From: Eledone cirrhosa
Taxonomy: Eukaryota
Assembly: GCA_964016885.1 (NCBI GenBank)
Contig: OZ024756.1
Coordinates: forward strand, 30,938,001 to 31,002,000
Direction: 5' to 3'
DNA length: 64,000 bases
How positions within the stretch are numbered: position 1 is the first letter of the stretch; every line of letters starts with the position of its first letter. Of this stretch, positions 42,526-58,251 are shown in pieces. Made by a program: the position numbers and the translations under genes. A model generated the notes under the pieces. It saw only the letters and a program-made list of their open reading frames with translations, was not told the origin of the DNA and did not search any database.

Positions 42526-44230
42526 CATGTTTTATCACGTATTTTATAGGGAGATGGGAATGTTGACGTTTCGAGAACAAGTTTTCGTCGTGGTGAGAAA
42601 TATTTTAAACACATTACCGCATTGCTGTGAGTGGTAGAGTGGTACAATCCTTAAAGCTTCGGGAGAAATGCATTGTAGTATGTAGTTACTGAGATTTACA
42701 TTATAAGTTCATATTCTGTCGAGGTTAACCTTTTGTCGATAAGAGAAATATTCTTATATTTTCGAAATCATAAAATTATTACTCTCTCTTGATGGATTTG
42801 CAGAATATTTAGAGCAACGGGAATGAGGCATTGCAGTGTAATTTATGACCCTTCACAATATGAGTTCATCAACACCTAACATGTAAAGTTTGTCTGAAAG
42901 AAAAATATACATATTTTTTAAATATTATAAAATTACTTTCTACTGATTTGAGAATTATTTGGTTGGTGTTCGTACATGATTTGTGGTTGCATGGAGCAGG
43001 GATCCCTAAACGTTTTAGTCCATAGACGCTCTTCATAGAATCCCTGACCTCTCATCGATCTCAGGTATGGAAGAAATATATTTGCACACAAATAAATCAG
43101 TAAATAAAAGATATAATAAATATACAATAAAGACAATCTATATAAATCAGAAAACCGTAAAAGAAAACTGTATATATTGTATTATCGTCTTTATTTGCAT
43201 TTCTTATAAAAATGTCAGGATTTGGCTGAAAGCTCCAATTGACTCCTGACATAGAGAATCCCACGATGGATTTTAGTGAAATATGTGGAGTAGGTTAAAA
43301 TAACGGTTTCTAATTCTGACACAAAGCCAGCAATTTGAGGAAAGGAGAAAGGTCAAATAAATCAACTCCACTATTATATTTTGTCAAGCCTCGGACAGTT
43401 CAAGGTCAAAGTTAACTTCGGTTGCGTTCGGAGATAGAATGTAAAGAGCTGTAACTAAATAACTTTAAGTTATTTAATCCGACGCTCTAACGATTTTGCC
43501 AAAGTAATTGAGCTCTAAATATATGGGAATTCAGTACTACATTAGCCAAATGCAGGTGGTTACTGATTGATTAGGACATATTCAGAAACCAAACAAAATA
43601 ATCTTTTCTTCTATTCACTCTCTGAAAGTGGATCAAAAGTAGAAAGAGTGAAAAATTAAAAAAATTAAACAGCTGTTAATTCAATAAGGATTCTAAATTC
43701 TTAATAAGATAATTCGAAGAAATGATAGTGTTACACTTTGGTAATAAGCACAGTCCTTTCGATTCAATTAGTACCTCAATGAAGGAAGCTTTCAGCGAAC
43801 AAATGTAAATAATATAACATACGAAACTCTTCAATTGGCAAATTGCCTCTCATCCACCAAAATCCGTATTTCTAACTTGATACTTAAACATATTCACTTA
43901 TCCTCGAAATTTCACCTCCTTCTCATGTATAGTACTTAAATCGTTGATCTTTATTTGACAAACTCATATATCATGCCATTTCTTCCTTCTACTGTTAAAT
44001 TATGCAGTTTCTTCTATCATTCTTCCTTTCTCTATATCTTTCTATCAATCCCTTCGTTCTTCCCCTGACATACATTTTGTTTTCTATATCTCTATATATC
44101 TATCGACGCATGCGCGCGCGCACTCATTCACCACACAGATAAATACTCTCACACACACATACACACAAACACATATATATATATATGTATATATTTAATA
44201 TACATATGATATATGCATCTCTCTCTCTCC

Positions 44231-44307
<77 letters not shown>

Positions 44308-44378
44308 CATATATAATATATATATATGTGTGTATGTATAGACACACACATACGCATACACACACAAATATATGTATG

Positions 44379-44419
<41 letters not shown>

Positions 44420-45035
44420 ATGTGTTGCGTAAGTATGTATGTATAATGCTATAGACATACACGCATTTGTTATATTTCTCTTGAGAAGTTCCATTCCATT
44501 GAGAATGCCACCATTCTACTAGTAACTTTCTATAATGAGAAATATCTTTATAAGTATCTTCTATTATTAATATCATTCAGTCTTCTTATCTCGAGTAGCA
44601 ATGGTTATGAATATAATCGAGAGTGTGATTGTTTTTTTCTGCGCCATTTTTCTTTCTTCACCAAACTATTTTTCTGCTAATTCTTCACGATTTTTCAAGC
44701 TCTCATTTGATATGGAAATTACCTTGATTACTATTTTACTCTTTTATTGGTTTCAATCATTACACTGCGGCCATACTGTAGTACTCATTCTTTTTATTCC
44801 CTCTCTTTTCTATCTCAATTCTTTCCTTTCTTTTATTTCTTCACTACATATGAAACTCCTTTGTGTGGATGATACTTAAATTATTGTTATTGTTATCCTC
44901 TTACTAGTTCCCAGCACTTAGTCAGTTAACTTCTTGAAATCTAGTTCATCTTTTAACGATACAAAATTACGTATGAGCAACAGAGACATCAACAAAAACA
45001 TTAACACAAACACATCCATATGTGTAACCCCCACC

Positions 45036-45089
<54 letters not shown>

Positions 45090-45705
45090 GAACAATTTAC
45101 TCTTGAAGATTCAGCATGAGACATTCTGTAACAAGACTGGTTCTTTGGATTACTACACTTTTATTTCAATGCATTTAACTGGAACATCATGAAGTATAGA
45201 GTCGTTGGCAAGGATACAACACGATGGTGAGTCACACAGACTAACCATTGAGCCACGCACCATCATATAGATTGGTAATATAATTCAACTTTAAACAAAA
45301 ATCCTGACGCTATTGCTTTGCTTATGGCTGTCCGTCAATCTTATTTTCATTAGAGAAGAAAATATGAATGAAAAAAAAAGGGGAAAAAATAAATGAACGT
45401 ACATAAATAAAATTTTACTTTAGTCTTCCGGCAGTTTCTAATTAATATTTAAACTCCTTCTTTAAAATGCCGTCCATCATCCCTATACTTAACATTTCTC
45501 TTCTCACTCGTCAACGTCTTTATTTCCAATAACTACAAATTCGTCACTTCTTAAAATGTTCAACAACGTGACTACATCTTTGTCTTTTATTTGGTATTTG
45601 GTATTTGGTAGGTTTGTATGTTCGGAAGGTTAGGCATCATAAAGAAAGTAAATACAAGTAAAAGAAAAGAAAACACCAATACCAACACCATTAAACTATA
45701 TTAAT

Positions 45706-45762
<57 letters not shown>

Positions 45763-45766
<4 letters not shown>

Positions 45767-45895
45767 CTTTCTTTATTAACCACAACGGTTTACGTAAAGT
45801 AGACATTAACGACAGTACAGGACGGTACAAAAAGGCACTTCTGCGTGTAAAAAAAAAAATAAAAACGGAGGATGTAATAATAGAACAATGAAAAA
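45763..45895 (-). mobile_element. Element X 3' end, inverted
   Basis: Reverse complement of 47140-47280; abuts (AAT)n. Confidence 0.65.
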
Positions 45896-46350
45896 ATATC
45901 TGAGGCTGCAGGTAGTGGCTTGATATTCATTTCAACAAACTTTCCAGTTAACCAACATCAATGACTGAGACTCAAAGAAAATTAATAATAATAATTGTTT
46001 CTACGTTTGGCACAAGGCCAGCAATTATCCCAGTGCGTTACTGGTACTTTATTTTATCGACCCGTAAGGACAAAAAGCGAAGCTAACCTCAGCGGGATTT
46101 GAACTCAGAACCTAAAGGGCCATATGTTCTGAGTTACGGCCCTTTACGTTCTGAGTTCAAATCCCGCCGGGGTTAGCTTCGCCTTTTATCCTTACGGGTC
46201 GATAAAATATAGTTCCAGTAACGCACTGGGATAATTGCTGGCCTTGTGCCAAACGTAGAAACAATTATTATTATTATTGTTCTTTGAGTCTCAGTCATTG
46301 ATGTTGGTTAACTGGAAAGTTTGTTGAAATGAATATCAAGCCTCAGATAT
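45895..46350. repeat. Palindrome: R4-like 3' UTR plus headless SINE, mirrored
   Basis: Arms are reverse complements about 46128. Confidence 0.9.
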
Positions 46351-46985
46351 TCAGGGCGTATCGGAGGGTTCTTGCTGTTCCCAGCAAGCAAGTCTTTTGA
46401 AGTGTTACAAAAAAGCGGGCCGGGGCCAATTTTCTTTAACCATCCCTGGAAACTCTTTGAGATAGTACCTAGTGCGCCTATGACAATCAGGACCACTTTG
46501 ACTTCATGGCAGTTCCAAATCCTTTTTACCTCCCACTTTAAGTCCTGGTATCGGTTAATTTTCTCCCTCTCCTTCTCTTGCACCCTCGTGTCGAATGGGC
46601 AGGCCACATCCACAATCAGGCACGATCTTTTTTCCTTGTCCAAAACCACCAGGTCAGGTCTATTGTGTTCCAGTTTCTTGTCCGTCTGTATCCTAAAATC
46701 CCACAGCTCCTTCACCTGATCGTTTTCTATCACCGACTCTGGCTTATGCTTATACCACTTCTCAGAATGTGCTAAATTGTTTACTTTGCATAGGTGCCAG
46801 TGGATCACCCTGCCCATCACATCATGTCTCCAGCCTTTATAGAGAGTCTGGGCTGGGTGTTTACACTCGGATACAATGTGAGCCACAGTCTCCTCTCTCT
46901 CTCCACAGATCCTGCACAGTGGGCTAGCCTCCTAGTAAATATGGTGTTTCAGCCACTTCGTTTTGAGGGCCTGCTCTTGCGCAAT
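46277..46985 (-). mobile_element. R4/Dong-like non-LTR retrotransposon, 5'-truncated
   Basis: AQEQALKT, CCHC knuckle CRICGEREETVAHIVSEC, RHD, RPDLVV..IVDVACP..KEREK..Y.DL (RLE); TAA repeats at both ends. Confidence 0.85.
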
Positions 46986-47014
46986 ATATTATTATTATTA
47001 TTATTATTATTATG

Positions 47015-47280
47015 TATGTGTCTGTAAATTAAAGGTGGAAAACTGGGAGAAGGCACTTTCCCTGGTGGTCAGGGTCACTGTGGCCTTTTAATGGGCTTTC
47101 TCCACAAATGTTCCTCCGAAGTCTCCCTCCTACTGGGGAATTTTTCATTGTTATTTTTATTACAACCTCTGTTTTTGTTTTTTTTACACGCAGAAATGCC
47201 CATTTGTACCGTCCTGTATTATCCTGTACTGTCCTTAATGTCTACTTTATGTAAACCCTTGTGGTTAATAAAGAAAACAT
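47015..47280 (+). mobile_element. Element X, LINE-like 3' end between (ATT)n tracts
   Basis: Three copies in the window; AATAAA then (ATT)n. Confidence 0.55.
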
Positions 47281-47424
47281 TATTATTATTATTAATATTA
47301 GTATTATTATTATTATTATTATTAAACAAATATTATATGACTGCTTGTGTGTGACAATATGAGTGTTTGTATGAATATATTTATACTTGTGTGAGTGTAT
47401 GTGTGTTTGTATTTATATACTCAT

Positions 47425-47535
<111 letters not shown>

Positions 47536-47731
47536 TCAACATTTCGGCTTGGTTATCTATGTCGGTTACGGATAATGTTAATAATCCAGAAAAAACGGTT
47601 GTAATAAAAGAATTATTATACTAAAAACATGGTTTAGTACCCTTCGCATATAAAAATACTACAATTACGTTCCATTCATTTTTGACGATACGGAGCCAGC
47701 TAGGAATAATAACAATAAATATGAAGGCGAC

Positions 47732-47762
<31 letters not shown>

Positions 47763-47972
47763 AGGTAGAAGGAGGAGGAAGTAGAGGAGTAGGTAAAAGT
47801 GGAGTTTAAGAGTGGTGAGGGTGATGATGATTAACATGATGATAATGATGATGATGATGATGATTACAATAATAATGATGAAGATGATGATGATGATGAT
47901 GATGGTGATGATGAGGTGAGGGTATAATGAATTAATGATGATGATGATAATAGCAACAACAACAACAACAAC

Positions 47973-48047
<75 letters not shown>

Positions 48048-48048
<1 letters not shown>

Positions 48049-48549
48049 TTCTGAGAAGTGGTATGAGCATAAGCCAGAATCGGTGATAGAAAACGATCAG
48101 GTAAAGGGACTGTGGGATTTTAGGATACAGACGGACAAGAAACTGGAACACAATAGACCTGACCTGGTGGTTTTGGACAAAGAAAAAAGATCGTGCCTGA
48201 TTGTGGATGTGGCCTGCCCATTCGACACGAGAGTGCAAGAGAAGGAGAGGGAGAAAATTAACCGATACCAGGACTTAAAGTGGGAGGTAAAAAGGATTTT
48301 GAACTGCCATGAAGTCAAAGTGATCCCGATTGTCATAGGCGCACTAGGGACTATCTCAAAAATTTTACCAGGGATGGTTAAAGAAAATTGGCCCCTTCAC
48401 GCTTTTTGGAACGCTTCAAAAGGCATGCTTGCTGGGAACAGCAAGAACCCTCCGATACGTCCTGAATATCTGAGGCTGCAGATAGTGGCTTGATATTCAT
48501 TCCAACGGACTTTCCAGTTAACTAACATCAATGACTGAGACTCAAGGAG
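48048..48549 (+). mobile_element. R4/Dong-like 3' fragment within (TAA)n
   Basis: Near-identical to the reverse complement of 46277-46768; RLE ORF 48083-48493. Confidence 0.85.
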
Positions 48550-48947
48550 TAATAACAATAATAATAATAATAATAATAACAATAATAATAATATTAATAA
48601 TAATAATAATAATAATGCAACTGTAATAATAATGCAACTGTAATAATAATCATAATAATAATAACTCGTAATAATAATAATAACTCTTATGAACATAAAG
48701 CAAGATAAATGGAACTATAATAATAAGAATAAATGTGCTGCGGTTTTTAGTTTCCATTTGTCTCAGGAGATTAGCTGATGGCAATATTGACTTTTTGCAG
48801 AAATGACAATATTCTCCGGAAATTAAATAAAAATAAATTATTTTTCTCACAAGAAATACACCATAGACACAGGTATAAATACACTCACAGATTATGCATA
48901 CATGTGTGATTATTTTATATACACACTCATAAGTATATATATGCATA

Positions 48948-49039
<92 letters not shown>

Positions 49040-49064
49040 TATATGTATGTATGTATGTATGTAT

Positions 49065-49607
49065 GTTGGCGACTAAACTAGCAACCCCACCAAGGTTTCT
49101 TGGTGAGGAGGGGGACTTTAGACATCCTGCAGGACTAAAAACAAAACCTGTCAAAGGGCAAAGTAGCTCTTAAGAGTCAATGGCCATTCAAAATCATCGG
49201 GAGAGATGACCCCTTAGCCTTTGTCAAGGCAGAATTCTACGAGAAGGAAAACTCTGATATAACACCTGCAACCCTGATGGTATCCAATGATGTTCACTTG
49301 TTCTTCTTTTTGGTAAATATCATCTTGGTTAAGAGAGTGGGACTGGCTTTGTGCAGTGCCTTTGCTCACTATAAAAGCTTCACGGCACAGGCATTGCTTT
49401 ATATCTGGAGATCTCTCTGCACTTGTCGTCACATGGTACCATGGGCCCAGCACTATGTGTCAATAATTGTCACAAGTGTAGTGTTTGTACCAGAGTTTTC
49501 AAGTCGCTGGCTGGACTAAAAAGTCACACTCGTTCAGCGCATCGGTAGGGGTTCTCCTACATGGATATAAAGTAGTGGCCGTACTCGAAAACGAGTTGGC
49601 AGCCACC

Positions 49608-49610
<3 letters not shown>
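49065..49610 (+). mobile_element. Putative bipartite non-autonomous RTE derivative
   Basis: RTE-5'UTR-like start (from recall) with no long ORF; tail tggccgtactcgaaaacgag..gccaccat resembles the tail at 40069-40102. Confidence 0.55.
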
Positions 49611-49661
<51 letters not shown>

Positions 49662-49678
49662 GTGTGTGTATGTATGTA

Positions 49679-49719
<41 letters not shown>

Positions 49720-49788
49720 GGTGGCTGCCAACTCGTTTTCGAGTACGGCCACTACTTTATATCCATGTAGGAGAACCCCTACCGATGC
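49539..49788. repeat. 72-bp perfect inverted repeat around (TA)n
   Basis: 49539-49610 is the reverse complement of 49717-49788. Confidence 0.9.
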
Positions 49789-49837
49789 ATATCTCTCTCT
49801 CTCTCTATTTATATATATATATATGTATGTATGTATG

Positions 49838-49934
<97 letters not shown>

Positions 49935-49935
49935 G

Positions 49936-49982
<47 letters not shown>

Positions 49983-50714
49983 TTCGATAAGTAAACATTG
50001 ATGAGATACAGAATTTAATGAAAGATTGATATATAAATACATTTTATAAACTAACATTAATCGCAGCGTACATTGTCTTGTTGAATTCTCATATTTCTCC
50101 ACAGAGTATTCTGTGAATGAAAATAAGGCGCATAGTTCAAATAATAGAATAAGTGGTGCGCCGTAAGGAATGTGTTCGAGGTTTCTGGTAGAGTCTTTCG
50201 TCGCAAAGAGATGAAGAAGCAACAGTTCAGTTTTTTTGTTATATTTGAAATCTCTTTCTCAAAGCTTTGCGTCTGGTGAACGGGGTTGTGTAGTTGTTGT
50301 TGATGTAGTTGCACGCGCTGAAAATGGGGTGTGAAGATAATGTGTAAACAGTTGTTTTGTTTTTGCTAACTTATTCAAGTTTAATCTTATTTTTTACGAA
50401 AGAAATCTGAACCACATATGTCATAATACTTAGTATAAACAAATCTTTATGTTTGTTTGTTTCTGATATATTTCCTGGACCTTGTTAACCATCCCACTAT
50501 TGTCATAGTGGGGTTCATTCATGTAATGAATATCTATCAACGTCGTATGTCACTAGCATTTATGTGTCTTGTGCACATGAAGAACAAGATGCATGGTGAT
50601 TCCAAAGCGTAGAAAGTTGAACTTTTAGTTTAACTGTTTCTTTCAATAAAAAAGCAAAATAATCACAGAAAAGTAAGTAATATGTATGGATGTAATAATA
50701 TGTTCATGCCAGTA

Positions 50715-50930
50715 TTTAGTGGGTGTTGTGTTCTTGAGCGAAACACTACATTTCATGTTGCTCCGGTACTCAGTTGAAAAATGAGTACCAGCAATAGCAG
50801 GGAGTTTAAACCTGTGGTAGACTGGCGTCCTGTCCAGGGGAGATACGTGTACTCTCGGTCGCTTCATGCCATGAAACTGATATAAGCACCAGCCAATTGA
50901 GCCTTCTGGCTTAAAACAGACTTTAGACTT
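50715..50930 (+). mobile_element. SINE family 2 body (conserved central-domain type)
   Basis: aacctgtggtagactggcgtcctgtccaggggag..gtcgcttcatgc; matches the reverse complement of 60870-61050. Confidence 0.7.
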
Positions 50931-51119
50931 TAGACGTTAGATTTATAGATAGGTTTTTACAAGAACTAATATAAAATTAAATGGCAAGATAGTAAGATAT
51001 CCATGATTGGTTTTTCTTCCAGAATATTACTGATGTATTAATAATATACAAGCAAACCTTAGGATTTGAATATACATACGTACATACACAAACACACACG
51101 CTTACTTCTTTATAAGTAT

Positions 51120-51188
<69 letters not shown>

Positions 51189-51189
51189 C

Positions 51190-51222
<33 letters not shown>

Positions 51223-51751
51223 CGCATATGTATATGCATTTATATATGTATGTATGTATATATATAAATTGTGTGTGTGTGTAAATATATATAAATATAT
51301 ATATTTGTATATACAACATATATATATATACATATATACAGTATATACATATACATGTATATATATACACACACACACATATATATGTATATGTATATAT
51401 ATATATACATACATATATATATGTATATATATATATATATATATACACGCACATAACTATATAGAACGATAAATGAAGATATATTGAGTAATAACGCTAA
51501 CTGTTTACTATACCCCAAAATAGTTAAATTGATTGGAAATATGAAAACGGTTCAAAATAAAAAATAATGTATATAAGAGAGAAAGAAAACAAACAGTCAA
51601 TTTCCTGCGAATGATTTGAATTTAATAATATCTCATCGGAGAATCAACTTGTTTTGCTCGTAATGTGATTAGTTTAGTCGTTTTACACACACAAAGATTA
51701 ACTATGTGTTACGGCGATTCTTGTTGATTAAACTTTATGGAATATAATAGG

Positions 51752-51789
<38 letters not shown>

Positions 51790-51881
51790 ATGCAGGTATA
51801 TTTGTATATATATATATGTGTACATACATATATATATGCATATTGAGAGAGAAAGAGAGAGAGGGGCATATAGATAACCAC

Positions 51882-51976
<95 letters not shown>

Positions 51977-53175
51977 CGTGGGTTTTTTTTTAGCTTTCAC
52001 TTCAAACTGCATCACATTCCATCAAACCGAAACAATACAATATGATATAGGATTAGAGTCTAAATATTTTTATGAAATGCAAGCAGGCTGAACCTTCGAT
52101 ATTTCAAATCTGTGACTCCTCAAATCCTCTGACGAATTTGTTCTAGGCGAAACCTTGTGAATATAACCACACTGTGCTTCTATTTAATGGTCTTGACACA
52201 CATTATTTATAGATCTATCAGGGACTTTATTACAGTATGGTGACTATGGGATGGGCATTTTCATATCCCTAACTGACGGAGCCATAACATAGAGGCTGTC
52301 TGGTTTAGGCACTTAACTTCTAGTGTACTCGTAGGGATGCAGTCATATAATAGTCATTTAAATCTAGTATAACCACTTTCTCTCCTCTCTAGATTTCAAC
52401 AATGCCTTTTTTTTTTCCTGGCAAAAAAGAGAAAATGAGAAAACGAGAGGAGGAAGTGAGAAAGATGAAGAATTGACCTCAGTAGCCATTGACATCGAAA
52501 AGATAAAAATCAAAGTTTACCTAGGCGATATTTGTACTCAATGCACAGAAAACAGGAAAGAATACAACACATTTTATCCAATATCCCAAAGTATTCTAAC
52601 CGCTCTGACAATTTATCACCGTGCCTTTTTTTTTTTTGCCAGAATTTAATTAATGTTCTAGAGCACAACACACCACATTCAACAAAACAAAACAACATAA
52701 CACAAGGGTAGTATTCCTATTATTGTCAGACTAGTGTATTTTATTCATTCTAATCGCAGTCCACGTTTTCTTTGGTCGTTGATGTTTTATGCATATCAGA
52801 GTGAAATGACTTAGAACAAAACTACTTCCAAACCAAACGAACTGATAAACTAACAAAGACAAGAAAGAAAATTAAGAAGAATAGTATAGAATAAGGAAAA
52901 TAATGAATACAGACAAAATAAATGAGGAATAAAATTCAGTAGAATTAGCATAGACAATGTTTGGAAAAATATTCATGAAGAAAGAATAACGCAGCTGACC
53001 GAATAAAAATCAGAGGAAACAGAGGAATCAGACAAATTGAGGAAGAAATACCTGATTATACGATATACATACATATGTTATATATGTGTATAAATATATA
53101 TATATATATATATATATAGATAGATAGATAAATGCATACATACATACACACACACACAATATGTAAATATATATA

Positions 53176-53276
<101 letters not shown>

Positions 53277-53407
53277 CGAAGGAAGTGTGGTAAGGAACCA
53301 GGTGGACAATAACGCACCAGAGTGTATATATATATATATGATATGTCCCAAGGCTCTGATACCATTAACACTATAAACACAGAGCTGGCATATCTAAGAA
53401 CTGACTG

Positions 53408-53463
53408 ACTGCCTGATGAGGTCATAGCCATTCAATGGCTATCATCGAAATATATATAGCAGT
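53408..53463 (+). ncRNA. Well-formed minimal type I hammerhead motif
   Basis: actgc-CTGATGA-ggtcatagccat tca atggctatcatc-GAAA-T-ATAT-A-TA-gcagt, immediately followed by AATAAA. Confidence 0.8.
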
Positions 53464-53504
53464 AAATAAAGGATTATGAGTTCATGCAATTGACTTATGT
53501 TTCG

Positions 53505-53569
<65 letters not shown>

Positions 53570-53650
53570 AGGCAGTGTAACGCGGATTTACTGTAGGGTC
53601 ACTCGGATGAGCACTCAATGTTTAGGTCATTATGTCATTAATACCACAGA

Positions 53651-53735
53651 GGTCCGACGAGCTTTTGATTCAAGAGTCGGGCTAGATAGATACAGATGGA
53701 ACCTTGAGCTGATCAGTGGCGAAACGCGCGTCATC
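53651..53735 (+). ncRNA. Family E hammerhead-like motif, core variant
   Basis: ggt-CCGACGA..gtggc-GAAA-CGCGCG-TC-atc; homologous to 16660-16744. Confidence 0.45.
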
Positions 53736-53970
53736 AACCAATAAGCGTAATGAAACAGTAACCATTCGTCCCTGTATTATATATATATATATACATATAT
53801 ACATATATACATATGGGGGTGAGGACAGTTCAAAAAGGTACACTCTATGTTGGTAGTGTTTATTTAGGCATCTTTATTTCATATAGAAAGGACATCTACA
53901 GCATTTGAAGTATTTCATAGTTCCTTCATATGAAATCTAAACACCCCCCCCACACACACACACACGCACG

Positions 53971-54020
<50 letters not shown>

Positions 54021-54067
54021 TATTTTTATATGTACATATTTTTATATACATACATTACATCTATCTA

Positions 54068-54098
<31 letters not shown>

Positions 54099-54112
54099 AT
54101 TATGTATATATA

Positions 54113-54297
54113 TAATTGTTTCTACTTTAGGCACAAGGCGAGCAAATACCCAGTGCATTACTGGTACTTTATTTTATCGACCTCATAACGATGAAAGGCA
54201 AAGTCAACCTCGGCGTGATTTGAACTCAGATCGTAAAGGGACGTAACTATGCTGGAAAGCATGGCGTCCGACCCTCTACCTATACTGCCAATCCACC
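54113..54297 (-). mobile_element. SINE family 1
   Basis: Reverse-complement match to the 17058 copy. Confidence 0.9.
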
Positions 54298-54371
54298 ATA
54301 TGAATTTATTGTTGTATACATAAATATCAAATATATTTCGTTCGATGATACTTTAACATTGTATCTATCTA

Positions 54372-54452
<81 letters not shown>

Positions 54453-54521
54453 CTGTGTGTGTCTGTGTATATATATATATATATATATGATTCTTTGCTT
54501 AAACTTTAATCTGTTACTTTA

Positions 54522-54966
<445 letters not shown>

Positions 54967-55320
54967 ACACCATCCGCATCCACACCAGCCGCGTATCCAC
55001 ATGTATAATGGGATACAATAAAAAAAATGAATGAAGAAGAAAGAAAATGGAAATATATCTTCATTTTAGTAATTACATTACGCTGCTGTCACATACATTA
55101 ACATTGTTAAATATTCCTGCTTCGTGTAATAAAGATACGTAACTCTGTACCACTGTAAAGATTGGACGTTAGGAGATAATTGTAAATGTAGGGGAAGATA
55201 ATCACATTAATTTACCTGTTTTTGAAGTGTTCGTGTGTGGGCTAAACATGTAAAATGATATAACTTGATAGTATTTGTTCAATTACATATCTATGTGGGT
55301 TTTCTTTTAATATATATATT

Positions 55321-55497
55321 TATTGTTTCTATATATGACACAAGGCCAGCAATTATCCCAGTGCATTATTGGTACTTTATTTTATCGACCCCGTACGGAT
55401 GAAAGATAAAGTTAAACTCTGCAGGATTTGAACTCGTAAAGGGACGTAACTATGCTGGAAAGCATGGTGTCAGACCCTCTACCGATACTGCCAATCC
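55321..55497 (-). mobile_element. SINE family 1
   Basis: Reverse-complement match. Confidence 0.85.
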
Positions 55498-56254
55498 TAA
55501 CGTTAAAATACATGTACTTGTTAAGGAGGCGAAATTTTCATATCTGTTACAATGCTGGATAGAATGCTTTGCCATACTCGTTCCGACCCTCTGCTCGCTG
55601 AGTTTAAATCGCACCGAGGTCAGATTTGCCTTTCATCTTCTCGAGGCATGTAAAAAAATAGTACATCTCTAGTACTGGGGTCAATTCTTCCTCTATATCT
55701 CTGCTCTTTCTCATTTCCTCTCTCTCACTTTCTATCTTTCTCTCTCATTATGTTTATATTTCTTTGAAATCGCCTGATATCGCCATTAAAACCTGGATAT
55801 CCATGCAGGGGGGATGCAGGTCCATGCATTTCCCCGCAAGCCCTAGTAATCCACACGTGTGTGAATAATGTTGCAAGTGGGGCAAAACGCTAATTTAGGC
55901 AAAATACTAGTGAGTTAGAGAGATGATCAAAATTGATTACGTCGACCCCAGTATGTGACTGGTATAAAATTGTATCGGCACCGGAAAGAGATAAAACAAT
56001 GTTAGCTTCGCTGGTATTTAATCTCAGAACGAAATGAGCCGGAAAAATTACCGCAAGGCACTATCTCTGCCGTTCTAAAGATTCTGCCGAATCACTAAAT
56101 AATAAGAGTCATAATAATAGCAATAATAATAATAATAACAAAGTCATGCATCTAAAAATACCAAATGAGTGGGAAGACTGTAAATTAAGCAGCCATCAAA
56201 TTTCATTAAATCAGAATCTATTAAGGTGTGAGTGCGTGTATATGTTGGTTGAGT

Positions 56255-56372
<118 letters not shown>

Positions 56373-56490
56373 GTAAATGTATATACAAATATTTATATAT
56401 AAATATAAATATATATATAATATATATGTGTATATATTTACGTATATGCACACATATATACTTTATATATATATATATATATACATATAT

Positions 56491-56627
<137 letters not shown>

Positions 56628-56748
56628 AATGAAAGGTATAGAAAGTATTGTAGCAAGAAGCCAACAGTATTCCATAATATATAAGTGACTATAGCGTCAA
56701 AATGGGAAAATAGTTAACGTAAGATGTAGGAAAAATAATTCAAACTCA

Positions 56749-56793
<45 letters not shown>

Positions 56794-56817
56794 TTGTAAT
56801 ACATACATACTTACATA

Positions 56818-56965
<148 letters not shown>

Positions 56966-56989
56966 TATGTAAGTATGTATGTATTACAA

Positions 56990-57069
<80 letters not shown>

Positions 57070-57299
57070 CTGACAGTTGCGTGTGTGTGGTTGTATGCAT
57101 TTGCTAGCTAATACACCAAACATACTATTTGCAGTCAATCAACCGACGGAAATACCTGACAACATTAACAACAACAAAGATATTAATTTAATTTAAATAT
57201 CCACGTTTTCTTCTACTACTTAGAAAACATTATTACTTAATATCATTATTCTTATCATTGTTGTTATTCTTTCTCTGCTGCTTATTCTTCTTCTTCTTC

Positions 57300-57367
<68 letters not shown>

Positions 57368-57920
57368 GTTGTTGTTGTTATTATTATTATTATTATCCAA
57401 CTCCCATTTACTTTTTCTTTACATTTCCTTTACAACTTTCCCCTCGCCTCGTCATCCATCCATTTTATAATTCTTCGTTTCACTATCGTCATTTGTATAA
57501 GGCTTTCCCCCATAAGATTCAAGTCTGCGTGTATAACTTAAACGAGCAATGTTGAAGTGTTGAAGAATTTTTGGTGATATATAATTTCGTAATGCGCTAT
57601 GTCGTACGGTAATTAGTTCGCGTGAGACAATATATTAACCATGTCATATTCTATATCAGGTGAAATTGTATTAGAGCTCCAGAAATCTTGAACTTACAAT
57701 TATTGCTGTTAACCTCAAATCTGCAATTAATTTTATCAGTTCCATAGCAATTAACGTAAAATGCTCTCAAACATGTGTAATATATATGTAAGTAAATGCC
57801 TACGTTTATATATATTTATACATATATAAATATAAGCATAGGCATACATTCATATATACACACATATTATATGCACAGATACACAAACATCACCCACACA
57901 TATATATATATCTCCCTCAT

Positions 57921-57958
<38 letters not shown>

Positions 57959-57997
57959 CTAGTAGAGTTCCTGATACTTGGGGTAGTAGAGGGGGGG

Positions 57998-58041
<44 letters not shown>

Positions 58042-58131
58042 CCCACTCTATTACCCCCAAGTATCGAGAACTCTGTTGGGTAATGATCTAGCTGGATTTT
58101 GCGACACACTATCTGATATATATATATAAAT

Positions 58132-58178
<47 letters not shown>

Positions 58179-58184
58179 CCTACA

Positions 58185-58249
<65 letters not shown>

Positions 58250-58251
<2 letters not shown>

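Noticed and set aside
52125-52165. CTGACGA..GAAAC hammerhead-like motif
   Set aside because: GUG triplet, no stem I pairing, weak stem II
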